A DNA stretch of 64,000 nt from the NCBI RefSeq assembly GCF_009914755.1, contig NC_060940.1. One strand, 5' to 3'. This DNA comes from the human T2T-CHM13v2.0 reference genome, Homo sapiens. Below, in pieces: positions 12,967 to 36,541 of this stretch (its first letter is position 1; each line of letters begins with the position of its first letter). The position numbers were made by a program, and so were the translations under genes. The notes beneath the pieces are model-generated. The model did not search any database and was not told the origin of the DNA. It was given only the letters and a program-made list of their open reading frames with translations.

Positions 12967-13275
12967 GCCAGGCACGGTGGCTCACTCCTGTAATCCCAGC
13001 ACTTTAGGAGGCCGAGGCGGGTGGATCACAAGGTCAGGAGATCAAGACCATCCTGGCTAACACAGTGAAACCGTGTCTCTACTAAAAATACAAAATATTA
13101 GCCGGGCGTGGTGGCGGGAGCCTGTAGTCCCAGCACTCAGGTGGCTGAGGCAGGAGAATGGCGTGAACCCGGGAGGCAGAGCTTGCAGCGAGCCGAGATT
13201 GCGCCACTGCACTCCACTCCAGCCAGGGCGACAGAGTGAGACTCCGTCTCAAAAAAAAAAAAAACAAAAAGAAAA
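12967..13275 (+). mobile_element. AluY-like SINE
   Basis: ggatcacaaggtcaggagatc, ccatcctggctaacac, gaatggcgtgaacccgggagg, agcttgcag; TSD AAAAGAAATATAYACT. Confidence 0.97.
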
Positions 13276-13927
13276 GAAATATATACTATAACCAAGTGGA
13301 ATTTACCCTAGGAATACAAGGTTGTTTTAACATCTAAAAAATCAATTAACGTAATATACTACATTATCAGAATAAAGGGCAAACATAATCATCTCAATAA
13401 CAGATGCAGAAAAGCATTTGACAAAGTCCAACACCGTTTCATGATAAGAACAAACTAGGATTAGAGGGAGTTTATTCAACCTGATAAAGGTCATCTACAA
13501 AAAATCCACAGCTGATATTGTACTTAACGGTAAAAGGCCAAATGTTTTTCCTATAAAATTGGAAACAAGACAAGGATATCTGCTCTCTCCACTTCTATTC
13601 AACATTGTACTGGGTGCTCTAGCCAGAGCAATTAGGCAAGAAAAGAAATAAAGGGCATTGTAGATTGAAAAGGAAGAGATAAAACAATGTGCAGATGACA
13701 TAATCTTATATATAGAAAATCCTATGAAATACACTAAAAATTATTAGCATTAATAAACAAGTTCAACAAGGTTGCAGGGTACAAGGCCAATATTAAAAAA
13801 CCAATTGTATTTCCGTACATTTGAAATGAATGTTGCAAAAATTAAATTAAGAAAATAATTCCATTTACAATAGTATCAAAAGAATAAAATACTTAGGAAT
13901 CAATTTAACAGAAGAAATGTAAAACTC

Positions 13928-15371
<1,444 letters not shown>

Positions 15372-15860
15372 CCAGAAATGTTTTAAAACCTAATGAAATG
15401 ATATTCCATGTTCATGCATTGAACAATACTGTTAAGATGGCAATGTTAACCAAATTAATGTACAGATTCAACACGATCCATATCAAAATCTCAGCTGGCT
15501 TTTCATAGAAATTGATGAGTTGATCCTAAAATTCCTATGCAAAAGCAAGGGATCCAAAATTGTGAAAACAATTTTGGAAAAGAAAAAGTTCCTACTTTTT
15601 GTTACCTATCCACTTCCTAATTTTTTGCCTACCCACTTCCTAATTTCAAAACTTACAATGTTCTAGTAATCAAGATATTGTGATACTGATAGAAAGGTAG
15701 ATATGTAGATTAGTGGAATAAAACTGAGCATTTAGAGATAAACCCTGACATTTATGGTCAATTGACTTTTGACAAGTGTCAAAACAATTCAGTGAGGAAA
15801 GAATGATCCTTTCAATAAATGCCGCTGGGACAATTAGCCACACAAAAACATTCAGAAAGG

Positions 15861-16152
<292 letters not shown>

Positions 16153-16739
16153 ATCAGAAAGGATCATAGACCTAAATGTAAGAACTAAAAGTATTGAAGG
16201 AAAAAAAAAAAACCTCTTAGAAGAAAACACAAAGAGTAAAGTTTCATGATCTTGGATTGGGCAAAATTTTCTTGGATACAAGAAGAAAAGCACAAGTAAT
16301 AAATTTTTTATCCAGCCTATATAAAGAACTGTTGCAACTCAATAATTGAAAGGCAGCCCAATTTTTAAAATGGGCAGGGGATCTGAATAGACATTTCTCT
16401 AATGAAGGTATACAAATGGTCAATAAACACATTAAATAATGCTCACCATCATTAAGGGAAATGCTAATCAAAACCAAAATTAGAGACCATTTTACCCCCT
16501 CTAGGATGGCTATAATCAAAATGACAATAGTAAGTGTTGGTGACCATGTGGAAAAATTGGTGCCCTCACACCTTGCTAGGGAGACTATGAAATGGTGCCC
16601 CTACATTGGAGAACAGTTTTGCAGTTCCTCAAAGGTTATCACACAGAGTTACCAAATGATCCTGAAATTCTACTCCTAGGTATGTATTCAAGAGAAATGA
16701 AACATTTCTATTATTCTCTCAAACTGTGCCTCAGAACTT

Positions 16740-17010
16740 GTTAGTTCATGGTCACAAAATGGCCACCTCATTTCTTGACATCACTTCCATATTCCAGGAT
16801 AGAAGAAGGTAAACGTAAAAGAACAAACTTCAAAAGGTGCTTACTAGTTAGGTAGGCCACTTTTCTTTTCCAGAAAAGCAAGAGGTTTACCAGCAACTTC
16901 AGTGTGTTCAGTGAGTAGAATGTCTGTCATGTGGCCATGCTTGGATAAAGATGACTACGGAAAAGAGGGTGTGGGTTCAGATTGGGGCAAAACATCCAGC
17001 ACTGTCTGCC
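16740..17010 (-). mobile_element. Old MLT1-type LTR fragment
   Basis: catggtcacaaaatggccacc...catcacttccatattccagg...gtcatgtggcca resembles old MLT1 families; very diverged. Confidence 0.45.
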
Positions 17011-17268
17011 ACCGTAACTCATGTATGCATCGCTTTATTTAGCACTGTTTTATACAGATTACTTCTCCACTGGACCTTACAAATTTATATAGAGTTAGGC
17101 TTTGATGACAACCATGTGTGGGGTAGGGTTTTAGATATCATCTGGTCTAATATGCCCCACCTCATTATGGGCAAGGCGTCATTCACATTTCACTCGAATA
17201 ACTTTATAAATCACCATTTCATTGGGTAGTCCATCCTGGCCATAGACAGCTACCATTACAAAAGTCCC

Positions 17269-17560
17269 TTTTTTTTTTGAGATGGAGTCTCACTCTGTTG
17301 CCCAGGCTGGAGTGCAGTGGCACAATCTCGGCTCATTGCAACCTCCACCTCCCGGATTCAAGTGGATTCTCCTGCCTCACCCTCCCAAATAGCTGGGACT
17401 ATAGGCATGTGCCACCATGCCCAGCTAATTTTTTGTATTTTTATCAGAGACGAGGTTTCACCATGTTAGCCAGGATGGTCTCGATCTCCTGACCTCGTGA
17501 TCTACCCACCTTGGCCTCCCAAAGTGCTGGGATTACAGGCTTGAGCCAGTGCGCCTGGCC
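17269..17560 (-). mobile_element. AluSc/Y-like SINE
   Basis: ttagccaggatggtctcgatctcctgacctcgtgatc; TSD AAAAGTCCCT. Confidence 0.97.
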
Positions 17561-17659
17561 AAAAGTCCCTCTTTAAGCTGTATCCAGGCTATATCCACGT
17601 GGGTTCATTTATCAATAATATTAGTAGTTACAGGGCCAGAGTAATTAAGATATAGTACT

Positions 17660-17815
17660 ATCTCATTTAAACCTTGGACCAGCTATTTAAACTGATAAGC
17701 AGGCATCATTCTTCTCATCTACCCAAGTGGGAACCTGAGCCTCAGCAAATTTCAGAGACTTTAATCCAGATTGTGCAATACTGACTCTAGGCCAATTTCT
17801 TACTATGAGACAGCA
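17660..17815 (-). mobile_element. MIR SINE (degenerate)
   Basis: tctcatttaaacc...gggaacctgagcctcag...ctgactctaggcc. Confidence 0.55.
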
Positions 17816-17831
17816 CTTCACATATTTTAAA

Positions 17832-17990
17832 CAGGGGTTCTTAAGTTGGGGTTCACAAACAACCCATGGATCAGTTTCAGATGGTCCATGAAGCTCTGAA
17901 AATGCTATTCAATATTACATATGTGAGCCTGTTTTTATAGAGAAGGTCTAAAAGAATCTGTGACTGACCAAAGAGTTAACAATTGACTGA
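17832..17990. mobile_element. hAT-Charlie MITE (MER117-like)
   Basis: CAGGGGTTCTTAA..GGGGT..CCCATGGAT..TTTCAG..GGTCCATGAA start. Confidence 0.55.
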
Positions 17991-18029
17991 AAGATGATGA
18001 TAAAGCACGTCTTCCTGGAGTTTTTACTT

Positions 18030-18870
18030 CCCCAGATGAAACATCTCCACTTCCTCCAGTTATACCTCTTGATTTCCCCTACCCTACCCCACTCAGATGT
18101 GTCCTTCCCCATTGTATCAAGGGACAGTCACCTGAAAGTCATGCTTGATTCCTTGCCATCCCACACCCTACCTGCATTTTAACACAGAAGCTGCCAATTT
18201 TTCTTTTCAGTATATATGAATTCACATGTATTTCTTCATCTCAGCTACCATGACCATTTCCAGCCTGGGCTCATGTAGTCTCTTAATCACCCCCATTCCT
18301 GGCTCACCTTTCTTCAGCCATTCTTCATGTGAGAGCCAAGAACAGTCTTTCTAAAATGTCTAGCAGATCATGTCACTGCCTTGCTTGAAAACCCTCAGTG
18401 GCTTCCCATGACACTGAGTAAATTTCAACCTCCACTTCAAACCTTGAGTGGTATGACCCAAGCCTTCCTCTGTGATGCTACCTCAGTCTCCCTTCTCCCC
18501 TCCTTTATTGCATTAGAGTGACAGCAGCCTGCCACTAGGGCATGCCAAATTTCTTCCCATCTTAGGACTGTTACACTCTTCCAGAATGCTCTTCAACCTA
18601 TTTTTCCCATCCTTCCGCCCTCAGTTTAAATATTATTTCCTTCTAGATATTGCCTCTGACACAGTCTAAATTAGGACCCATTCACCCCACCTGTATATCA
18701 CAGCTCCGTCATGAGTTTTCATTAGCTAGATAGATAGCTTGTGTGTGTGCTTGTTTAACGATTTCATTTTCTCCTTTAGACTGTAAGCTCCATGAGGGTA
18801 GTTTTCATATTTGTCTTTTACCACTGTATTTTCAGTGGTTGGTAGTGTTTGGTGGATGATAAATATTCAG
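18030..18870 (+). mobile_element. L2 LINE 3' portion
   Basis: gatcatgtcactgccttgcttgaaaaccctcagtggcttccca; tagactgtaagctccatgaggg. Confidence 0.85.
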
Positions 18871-19144
18871 AACGTCACTGGAGGAAGAGTTGGTTTCAAG
18901 TCCTCTCACCATCCTGGACATACGCTAATTTGAAATATACAACTTAAAATGTGGTCTCCCATACTAAACTCAAATTTGCAGGTGTATTCTATTTCAGAGA
19001 GGTCTAGGCATGCCACATTTACCTAATTCTTTTCTCTTCTCCAGGATCAGAATAGTCCACTTCATGAACCTAAACAAATGATCTAATAAGGTCTGTAGCT
19101 GTCTGTCTCTGCCATTGATAGATGTGACCATTCACGTATACAGC

Positions 19145-19498
19145 TACTATAGTCTCAATGTCTGTGTCCCTGTCAAACTCATATGTTGAAATCCTAACCT
19201 CCAAGAGGATGAAGTCAGGAGGTGGGGTCTCTGGGAGGTGATTAGGTCATAAGGGGGAGCCCTCATGAATGGAATTAGTGCCCTCATAAAAGAGGCCTGA
19301 TAGAAACCCCTCACCCTTTCTACCAGGTGAGGACAGAGCAGGATGGCACCACCTGTGAGGAAGCAGACCCTCACTAGACACCAAATCTGCCTTGATCTTG
19401 GATCCTCAGCTTCCAGAACCCTAAGAAATAAGCCTCCATGGTTTAGAAGCTACCCAGTTTATGGCATTTTGTTATAGCAGCCCCAATGGACTAAGATA
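19145..19498 (+). mobile_element. MLT1A0-like MaLR solo LTR
   Basis: tcatatgttgaaatcctaacc, gccctcatgaatggaattagtgccct, ttttgttatagcagcc..ggactaaga; perfect 5-bp TSD ACAGC (19140-4, 19499-503). Confidence 0.93.
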
Positions 19499-21059
19499 AC
19501 AGCAAATCACAAATTAAAGAAGGATTCTGAATAAAATACCAGCACCAACACAAGTCTCTGGCTCAAAAATCAGCACTCTTTATGCTGCCTCGCTGAAGTC
19601 AGGTGAAATGTCCTCAATTAAACTTTAAGATATGAATAAAGTATTTCAATATCTTAGCCATGGGTATGTGTACAATGAAGAACTCTGTTTCTATGATCTG
19701 CCTCCAAAACACATGGATGGCTCATCCCATCCATGTTTCCCCTTCTTTCTCCGTGCTGCAAAGCACAAAGGCACCAAGAGTCCCCAGTATCCAGGCTGGA
19801 AACACAGATTCAGCTTATTTTCTGAGTGACAGGGGTTCTCTGATTCAGATATGGAAACAAGCTAGAGCTGGAAGAGGCTGCTGAGAAATCGACTTGCCAT
19901 CTCAGCTTTGTGAGATAAGCAAAACACAAAATCAAACCAGTCTGCTGAAATTATTACCATCTCCACACTCACCAACAATGATGTGGTAGATGGCAGGGGA
20001 GTATTCATCACCTGAAAATATCTAATCACAGTAGAGACCTTTCATATTATCATTAAAATTCTTAACTGCCCCCAGCCTGATTTCTTTTAGGCAAAGGTCC
20101 ACAGGCCTTATACATTTCATGGTTATTTTCTCTGGTTATGGAGGCTGTACTTTTTCTAGTGTCTCATTTTTGTCCTCCTCCTCCTTTCATTCTTTCAGTT
20201 CAAATGGACACAACCTGGTTCCTATCACCTAGAGATGTATTAACCTTTCCAAATCCTGACATTGACTTCCTAGAAAAGTTCCCTGGAGCTCTGTAGCTGT
20301 TGGGGAAGAGAGGCAGCTTGGTTTTGACTTTAATATACATTTCGAAATACCTTTTGCAGGACGGCTGGAAATAAGGAACTAATAACAAAGCACTTCTAAA
20401 ATTACCGGTACATCTGAAGCATTCCACCTGGTGCACAGCCTTTGAGAGTCTTTAATTCATCAATTAAGTGATCAAAGATCTTGTTCAAGATACGATTACA
20501 TTTCTTTGGTTCTGTTTGCGCAATCGTACTAAAATTGATAGCATTCTGAAAATCAACCGGGTTCCAAAGCTAAAAATAAAAACAGACAAAATGACATCCA
20601 AACATTCATCACTTTCCAAAAGCAAGGCTATGATTAGTCCTTAACTATCCTGGAATATGACTGCTAGGACAAACCATTCCACAATGATGATGTCAAAGGA
20701 GGAACTTGAAGCTTCCACCCTCTTTAAAGCAGCTACTATGCATTTACGTTGTAGCCAGGCCCTTTCAGAACTAGGATGTGGCTAAGAGGCTAGACAGAGA
20801 AGTCCTGGCTGCTGGCCAAAGCCAACTCCAAGAGCAAATAATTTCAGTAATATAGAATAGAGGTCTTTGAGTGACTGCCGATGACCTTTGTCACGTACAC
20901 AGGATTAGTCTTCCTTATACCACTAAAATCAAAACAATGCCGTGGCCCAAGAATCAGAAGGAAATGTTTCTTAAGTTACCACAATTCTTCTTAATCCTTG
21001 TTTCCCAAGGGCCAGTTATTATGATTGCATTTTGTCTGAATAATCTTGATCATCTAAAA

Positions 21060-21276
21060 GAGGAGTTAGTAAACTATGTCTGTAAAAGTTAAGATAACAA
21101 AGAAACTGTGGGCCCCTCAGTCTCTTTTGCAACCACCGCATTCTGCAATCGTTTCATGAAAACAACTATAGATGACATGTCAATGAAGGGGCATGGCTGT
21201 GTTCCAATAAAACTTTATTCACAAAAATAGGCACTGGTCCAAATTTGGCCCGTAGTCAGTAGTTTGCTGGTCCCTG
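21060..21276 (+). mobile_element. MER58A hAT-Charlie MITE
   Basis: gggcatggctgtgttccaataaaactttatt.acaaaaa.aggc and terminal gtagtttgct..ccctg. Confidence 0.88.
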
Positions 21277-22769
21277 CTCTGTAACATGGTCATGACTGTA
21301 ATCCACACTTGGAAAGTTTAGTCTACATCACTAAGTTTGCATGGACTTCAAGAGCATTCTTCTTCTTGTGCTGGGTAGTTTGAAGGAGGATGCTTGCTGA
21401 GTGTGATGGTTTTGGGACAAAAATAGATTTGGTCTGATAGGGGGAGAAGTTACTGAGCCACCAGTGTAACTTCGTATGATTTCCCCTTCAAAAAGTTCAT
21501 TTTACTCTCCAAATTTTTAGGCAACATTGTTTCTTTTTAAAGAACATGAGATTTCACATTGCATCCCAGTTATTTACTACCTGAGTTTTGGTCTTAACAA
21601 ATAGGATTTTGTTATTCTCTGTCATCAACGGAGCAAGCACATGTGGTTTTGATTGACAAAATTGTGATAAAATTCACTGTATCCTTAAAAAAAAGTGATT
21701 GAAAAAATTTCAGACTGCTGCAGAAAATGTAGGGGGGAAACGAGGGGATTGAATTTCAACCAAAGACATGCCAGATTTTTTTTCTTGCTCTTAATATTCA
21801 ACATTCTTCCACTACTCAGTATCTAATTAGATACTGGAACAATGCAGGGATCATGTGTTTCTCTTTAAGCTTTTGGCACAGTCCATCACACTCTAGTTAG
21901 CATTGGATACACTGAGGTGCTCCTCCAGAAACCAGTACTGAGTGACATCACGTGCTATGTCACAAACAATGGAACAAAAATTAAGGGCGCATGCTCTCAG
22001 ACATTCAAAACACTTGCAGTCATTTCGTTTTTCCCTTTTTTCATTTACTTCAAATCCACATTCATTTTGATGCTTGAATACCCTCCCTTGTCTCCCAACT
22101 TTTTTTCAGAAACAGGTATCCCTTGCTACCCAGAGTATTTTCTGCTTCTCAGAAAAATCACAATTCATTTTAAAAAATCATATGGGCCACTTAATAGTTA
22201 TTGTTTGAGCTCTGTGGAAATGATTGGCTTGACTTATGACTAACAACAATAAACACAGTGTATTTATTGCAAACACCATGGCCAGCCACCATATAACATA
22301 CATAGGTCCTTACATACAGATAGTCAGAAAGTGAGAATGAGTATCAAAGCTGTCTGCTATGTGATTGTTTCCTTCACAGACTGACAATATGAATATCTGA
22401 GAACCAACATCCCATCTTCATGCTATACCCTTTCGAATAGAAAACTAGAGAAGGAAATTATGTAACTCATCAATTGCTAGAGAAATGTTGAGGACGCCAA
22501 AAAAAATACACAGACATACTCAGACCTTTTTAAATCTGGAAACATGTGTTGTTTGTGAAGAAGCATAAATATCCTAAAACTCTCTTCCATATGTCTGCTT
22601 TCCTCCCATTGGGCTACATTCCCAAGAGGCTCTAGTAGTTCCAAATTTGGCTTCTATGCTTGTATCTAAAATATGAAAAATTAATGCTGAGCAGGCTTTA
22701 TAAATGGTTTTCATCACAGTAATATTAAAATATTGCATATAATTGTGTTTTAATTAAAATGATGCCTTA

Positions 22770-30370
<7,601 letters not shown>

Positions 30371-31739
30371 TTCCATTAAGTTCTTTTTAAATTAATTTAC
30401 CAACAATCGGAATTTCTTAGGTCATTTCTGATTTAAGATATACTTTGAAGAGCCATTTATCAGATGATCTTCACCTACTGGTATTAGGGAATAAGAACTT
30501 TATTTATACCACTTAACAACACAAAACATCTATTTAGTAATATTGCCCTATAGCTACAAATATTGGACTATTAACAAAAATTCTTGACATAATATATTAA
30601 ACATTTTATTTTTGATGACCTCTTACAAAATATCCTTTTCAGAGTTGAAAACAATAAAGTACAGAACCTTTCACTGGGTCATCACCTATATGCAAAATAT
30701 CATGATATATTATGGTCCTGAAATGCACGTGCATTCTGGTATCAGACATTTTTGCTTACCAACACCAGAAGGTAAGCCATATCACTTATTTGGTTTATTG
30801 AAAGATCCTAGTAAAGTGACAATCACCCCATATGGTTCCCACAAGCCACACTGAACTGTTCAACTGACCTACCACTAACTAATCAGTTCTTCATTTCTTA
30901 CTTGCTTTTCAGTAGTTCTTTTCAATTTTCTCTTTTTCTGTATCTTCATTTTGTGCTATTTCATACTATCTCCAAAACAGAAATGTGGGCTTTGAGCATT
31001 TAAGAAAAACAATTTCAAAACTGTATGAAGTGAATTCAACTCAAAGGATGGGATGGGCATAGTTTTGGTGAAAATATGAATAATTTCTATTATTTCTAAA
31101 GCCAAGTCAAGTATTTAGCCAGGGCCTGATTCAAAGCAAAAACACAATAAGAAAATGATCTCAGCTCATCTTCATCTCTCTGGTTGAAGGAGCAATAATA
31201 GCTATATCCAATTTTTATAGGAGTCAAAGAGATGCATGTAATGATTCTTCTATATATATAAATTAACAGTGTTTTAAAAAGGGAATTCATTATGTTATAA
31301 ACAATTAAAAATGTATATAATGCAGCTTTCTTCGATCCAGAGTTCTGTTCTGTGAGTGGAACTACCAACCTATTATTTTAAAGTTTGCCTTTATATTGAA
31401 GTTTCTCAACTGCTTTTAATTATTTTCATTTTTCTTCCCTGAATCTTTTCTAGGTACATTACACTTTTACTCAATTACAGCAAACAAAGTAACATAGGAT
31501 GGCAATTCTGGGAGCAGATACATTATGGTCTTAAAATAGTATATTGTTATATGTTAAAAGGCGTAATAAGTCCTATATACAAGTCTGCACAAAATCTCAA
31601 ATTGTTTTCTGCCTCAATTCTCAGCTGCAGGAATAGGTGTAGTTTTTTCTGGCTGGCTCCTACAGTAACTGGCAAGAGTCAAGATGGAAAAAGGTTTCTT
31701 TCCTTACTCATTAACCCAGAGAATGCTGCCAACTACTGT

Positions 31740-32780
31740 TTTGTTTAAGCTATTATTTTGGTCAGCTTTGAAAATTAAAAATATATATACAGTAATAAAT
31801 GCTTTGGGAAAAAGCATGGTCACCACTTATAGAAAATATATAGAATATATTGTGAAACTCCACCTCAAAAAAATGCTGATGAAAATTAAAATGAGTATAT
31901 AAGTCATGATTCAAAAGGTAGGAAACAGTGAAAATATATTCTAAAAAGCTCCAAAAGAAATCAAAGTAATATAGATTAAGCTATCTATCATAATAATACA
32001 TATAAATAAGTTAAACACTCAGACAAAAATTCCTAGATTACATTTAAAGAAAAAATACAATTTACCTAAGCACTTAAAAAAGTGACACAGAAAAGTTGAA
32101 AAGTAGAAGGATAGAAAAAGATATGGCAGACCAACATAGACCAAAAGAGAGTAATAGTTCCTATGTCAGTAAAAGCAAAAAAACAAGGCCAAAAGTATTC
32201 AATGAATAAAGAAAGTATTATGTTCACAAAAGGTACAATATATATAATGCTATAATAGTCATTAACACTTATACATGGAAAAACATTGCCCTGAAATAGA
32301 AAAATAAATTTAAAAGAAGGAAAAATTAATAAACATAAGAAACACCAGGGTATAAATCTGACACATTAGTCAAAATGTAATAATACCTTCACACAAATCA
32401 AACATTTTAATAACCGTGGAATTTAACATTAGTTTGCTATATTACCTAAAAAGAAATACTGACTAAATTCCAAACAGTAAAAATTACACAGGAAGTATTT
32501 TTCATTTTCTGTCCACAGTATAATGAACACTTAAGCATAAGCAAAACCAAATAGAACAAAACAAAAACCTTCAGCAATTTGAACACTTTTTTAGACCTCC
32601 TAATAGAAATTCTCAGATTATTTAGGAACTAATCACAATGATCATACCACTGCAGCAATGCTTAAGCTGCACCTAAAGCTATGCCCAGAGGCAAATTCAT
32701 AGCCTAAATTGTTAGCTTATTAAACATTAAAGACTCAAAAGAAATGGCCTGAAATATTCAAATCCGAAAATTATGTAAGT
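31740..32780 (+). mobile_element. Very old L1M/L1ME ORF2 (endonuclease-region) fragment
   Basis: gacacagaaaagttgaaaagtagaaggatagaaaaagatat; cagaggcaaattcatagcctaaat; strongly A-biased. Confidence 0.6.
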
Positions 32781-33048
32781 GTGTGCATGTATTTAATGCA
32801 TATAGTATAATTTTAAAGAACCCCATGTGCTAGCCCATCACAATCAACCTCTATACTTACAGGGGAAATATTAATACTTGGTGGTCAGCTGCTATCTACT
32901 ATCTGTGGATGGAGAAAGGAAGACCTGCCAATAATGCACCACTGATATGCTTGGAGAACACTCTAACAAGAAAAAAAATGAAAAGAAAAAAATACCACTA
33001 AAACCAACATGAGCCTACACTAGCGATAAATACTAAACGACCTGCATC

Positions 33049-33208
33049 AGAAGTTCCCAAACACTGGTCTATACAAATAGTATCAAATTATTGGGTACCT
33101 ATTGTAAAAAGTAACATTTGCACGTCTTTCCCTGGAACTTTCAAATTAGAATCTCCATGAGTAGTACATAAAGGTCTCTATCATAGTTACTTTTGGCAAC
33201 CCACTAGA
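33049..33208. mobile_element. MER5-like hAT MITE (degenerate)
   Basis: cagaagttcccaaac...aattagaatctcc...tttggcaacccact. Confidence 0.4.
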
Positions 33209-33639
33209 TGCGGATCTTAATTTGTTAGTATCAGGCAATAAGGAAAATGTACCTTGTGTTAATGCAGAAAACAATAAAGAACATTTAACTTCAAGTCTCA
33301 CTGAGATGAAAGAGGCTATTTCATCACTGAAGAAAGAGTAGAATAGAAAAAAAGGAAAAAGGAGGAGGAAGAGAAGGACAAGCCACCATCATCTAAGAAC
33401 AAAAATGAATTCTTTGAAATAAAAAAAAGAATGAGGGTGTTTAATAATGGCAGTGAAGGGCAGAATAAAACTTACGAAAACAAAATGAGTGAATCAGAGG
33501 CCAGGAAGAATTCTCCATGCATAAGAGTTCTTAAAAGAGCAATTAGAAGAATAGGACGGCTTTGCAATGTGTTGGTTTGGTGAGACTGAACTACATTTCC
33601 CAGAATTCCATTTCTTGTATATACATACATCCTAATTAT

Positions 33640-33842
33640 ATACCACTGTTCTACGTAATTATCCATCTAATCTTCACAGCCATGTTACAAGCTTGATTCC
33701 ATAACTATCCACATTTTAAAGGTAAGGAAACTGAGGCACAAAAGTTTACATGGTTTGCTCAAGGCCTCACAGCTAGTAAGTGTTGGACCTGGGTTTGATA
33801 CTACCTCCACTGACTCAAGGGTACATCTTTTTAATTACTACA
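33640..33842 (-). mobile_element. MIR SINE
   Basis: cattttaaaggtaaggaaactgaggcaca...tttgctcaaggcctcacagctagtaagtg. Confidence 0.85.
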
Positions 33843-33922
33843 AATCACAGAGTAGTTAAGCCAGTAAAACTATTCATTGTCTAAATACTTGTTGCTAATG
33901 TGCTCCTGAAATTTAATGTACT

Positions 33923-34606
<684 letters not shown>

Positions 34607-35384
34607 TATATGGCAAGTCTACTGTGTTTGTGTTTTCCAATTCATTAGTTAATTTCTATTGCTGCAATGTAATTAACATGGTTGGTCATTTTCATTCCTA
34701 AATGTATTGTTTTTCCTAAATGGAAAAAAAAAAGTATACTCCTAAAAAATCCAAACTACAAAGAAATAAAGACAGCGAAAACACCCCATCATTCCTACCT
34801 CTGCTATCACTTTGTTGTACGTAATTCCAGACATTTTTTACGCATACTGCTAGAAGGAAGGCAGGGAAACAATTTGGGGAGAGTTACACAAGAGGCTTCA
34901 TTTGAATGATGAGTATATAGGTATTCATTTAATTACTACTTATACCCTCTATATCTAACATTCCTTTGTAAGAATAATTTGATTGAAAAAATAAACAAGC
35001 TGCCTTTCACCACAAATGGCATGCTTATTAATATAGTCACTGAGTTTATTAAACTTTCTAACAGTGATCAGATATAAAAGTGTACCTTGCTACTCTGCAA
35101 TTCCCAGGATTACCCTTAGAAATCTGAACTATATGCTATGGAAGTGCTTAAACAATAAGTAAAGAACGCTTGTACTCAGAATTGCCAATTACAACTCTGT
35201 AACTTTATGTACTCCCAGAACAAGCAAGACAACATATTCTTTTCCAGGACATTTTAATAAAAATAATATGAAACAGTCCTATGCTATGATAAAAGCACAG
35301 TTACTGTGTGCTCAAACACTGAATATTCCCATTGTGCTGCTTATTTAAAACAAAAACAATAAAAACAGGATGCAACAAGCACAG

Positions 35385-35585
35385 ATCTAAGAACCTTCAC
35401 ACATATTAGCTCATTTAATCTTTATGCTGAACAGTTGAGATGGGGAACGTTGTTCCCATTTTACAGATAAGAAAGCCACAACTCAGAGAGGTTAAATCAT
35501 ATGCCCCATGTCACATGGCCACTAAGTGACATCTCCTGTTTCCAACCCAGGCTCCTGCCCGCAAGTCCAGTGTTCCTTCCATTAC
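35385..35585 (-). mobile_element. MIR SINE
   Basis: ctcatttaatc...cccattttacagataagaaa...ctcagagaggttaaa...gtcacatggccactaagtg. Confidence 0.85.
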
Positions 35586-36226
35586 ATCATTGAATAGGTT
35601 GGTTTTCCTAGTGGGAAACAACAGAAGCCAACCATGGCTGATGAAAAATGAACAAGGATAATAGGTAATGCAGAGAACTTGGGCAATACAGACAAAAAGA
35701 CCCCAAATCACACCACAGAGCCAGTGGAGAGAGGGCACTACTGTCACTGCTAAGCACTAAAGAATACAAGCAGGGAACGCAGGATGTTCTCACTAATACA
35801 CCAGCACTGCTGTTCCAAGAACACAGTCTTCATGCAGCCACTGCCCCTACCAAGGAGATGACCTTGAGAATGTGCCTTCCTGTGACTGTGGGGGTAACCC
35901 CTGGACTCTAGATGATGCCCACTTGTACTCCAGCTGCAAGAGGGCAAAAGGTGATCTGGTAGGAAAACAAATAACTGGCATTTTCAGCAAGAGGTAGACA
36001 CCGCCTGCAATGAGACTCAGTAAGATGAGAGAGAACACAAAACATAGGAAGGAGACCCAGATACTGGGTGGTCAAAAAAGATGACAAGTGCTCACTGAAA
36101 GACCACCCTTTGACTGGTTCACATCAACAAACATTTTTCTTCCTCATACTTTTTCTCCCCACCTCCCAAAATAAAGCTCTTACCTAACCTAATACAACCA
36201 TCCTTATCTAATCTAAAAGCATTCCT

Positions 36227-36541
36227 GGCCGGGTGGCGTGGTGGCTCACTCCTGTAATCCCAGCACTTTGGAATATCGAGGCAGGCGGATCACCTGAGGT
36301 CAGGAGTTTGAAATCAGCCTGGCCAACATGGCAAAACCACATCTCTACTAAAAATACAAAAATTAGCAGGGCATGGTGGTGTACAACTGTAATCCCAGCT
36401 ACTCAGGAGGTTGAGGCAGGAGAACTGTTTGAACCCAGGAGACGGGTTGCAGTGAGCCAAGACTGTGCCATTGCACTCCAGCCTGGGCAACAGAGCGAGA
36501 CTTCGTCTCAAAAAAATAAAAATAAAAATAAATAATAATAA
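36227..36541 (+). mobile_element. AluSx/Sz-like SINE
   Basis: Full dimer, (A5T)/(AAT) tail, TSD AAAAGCATTCCT. Confidence 0.97.
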
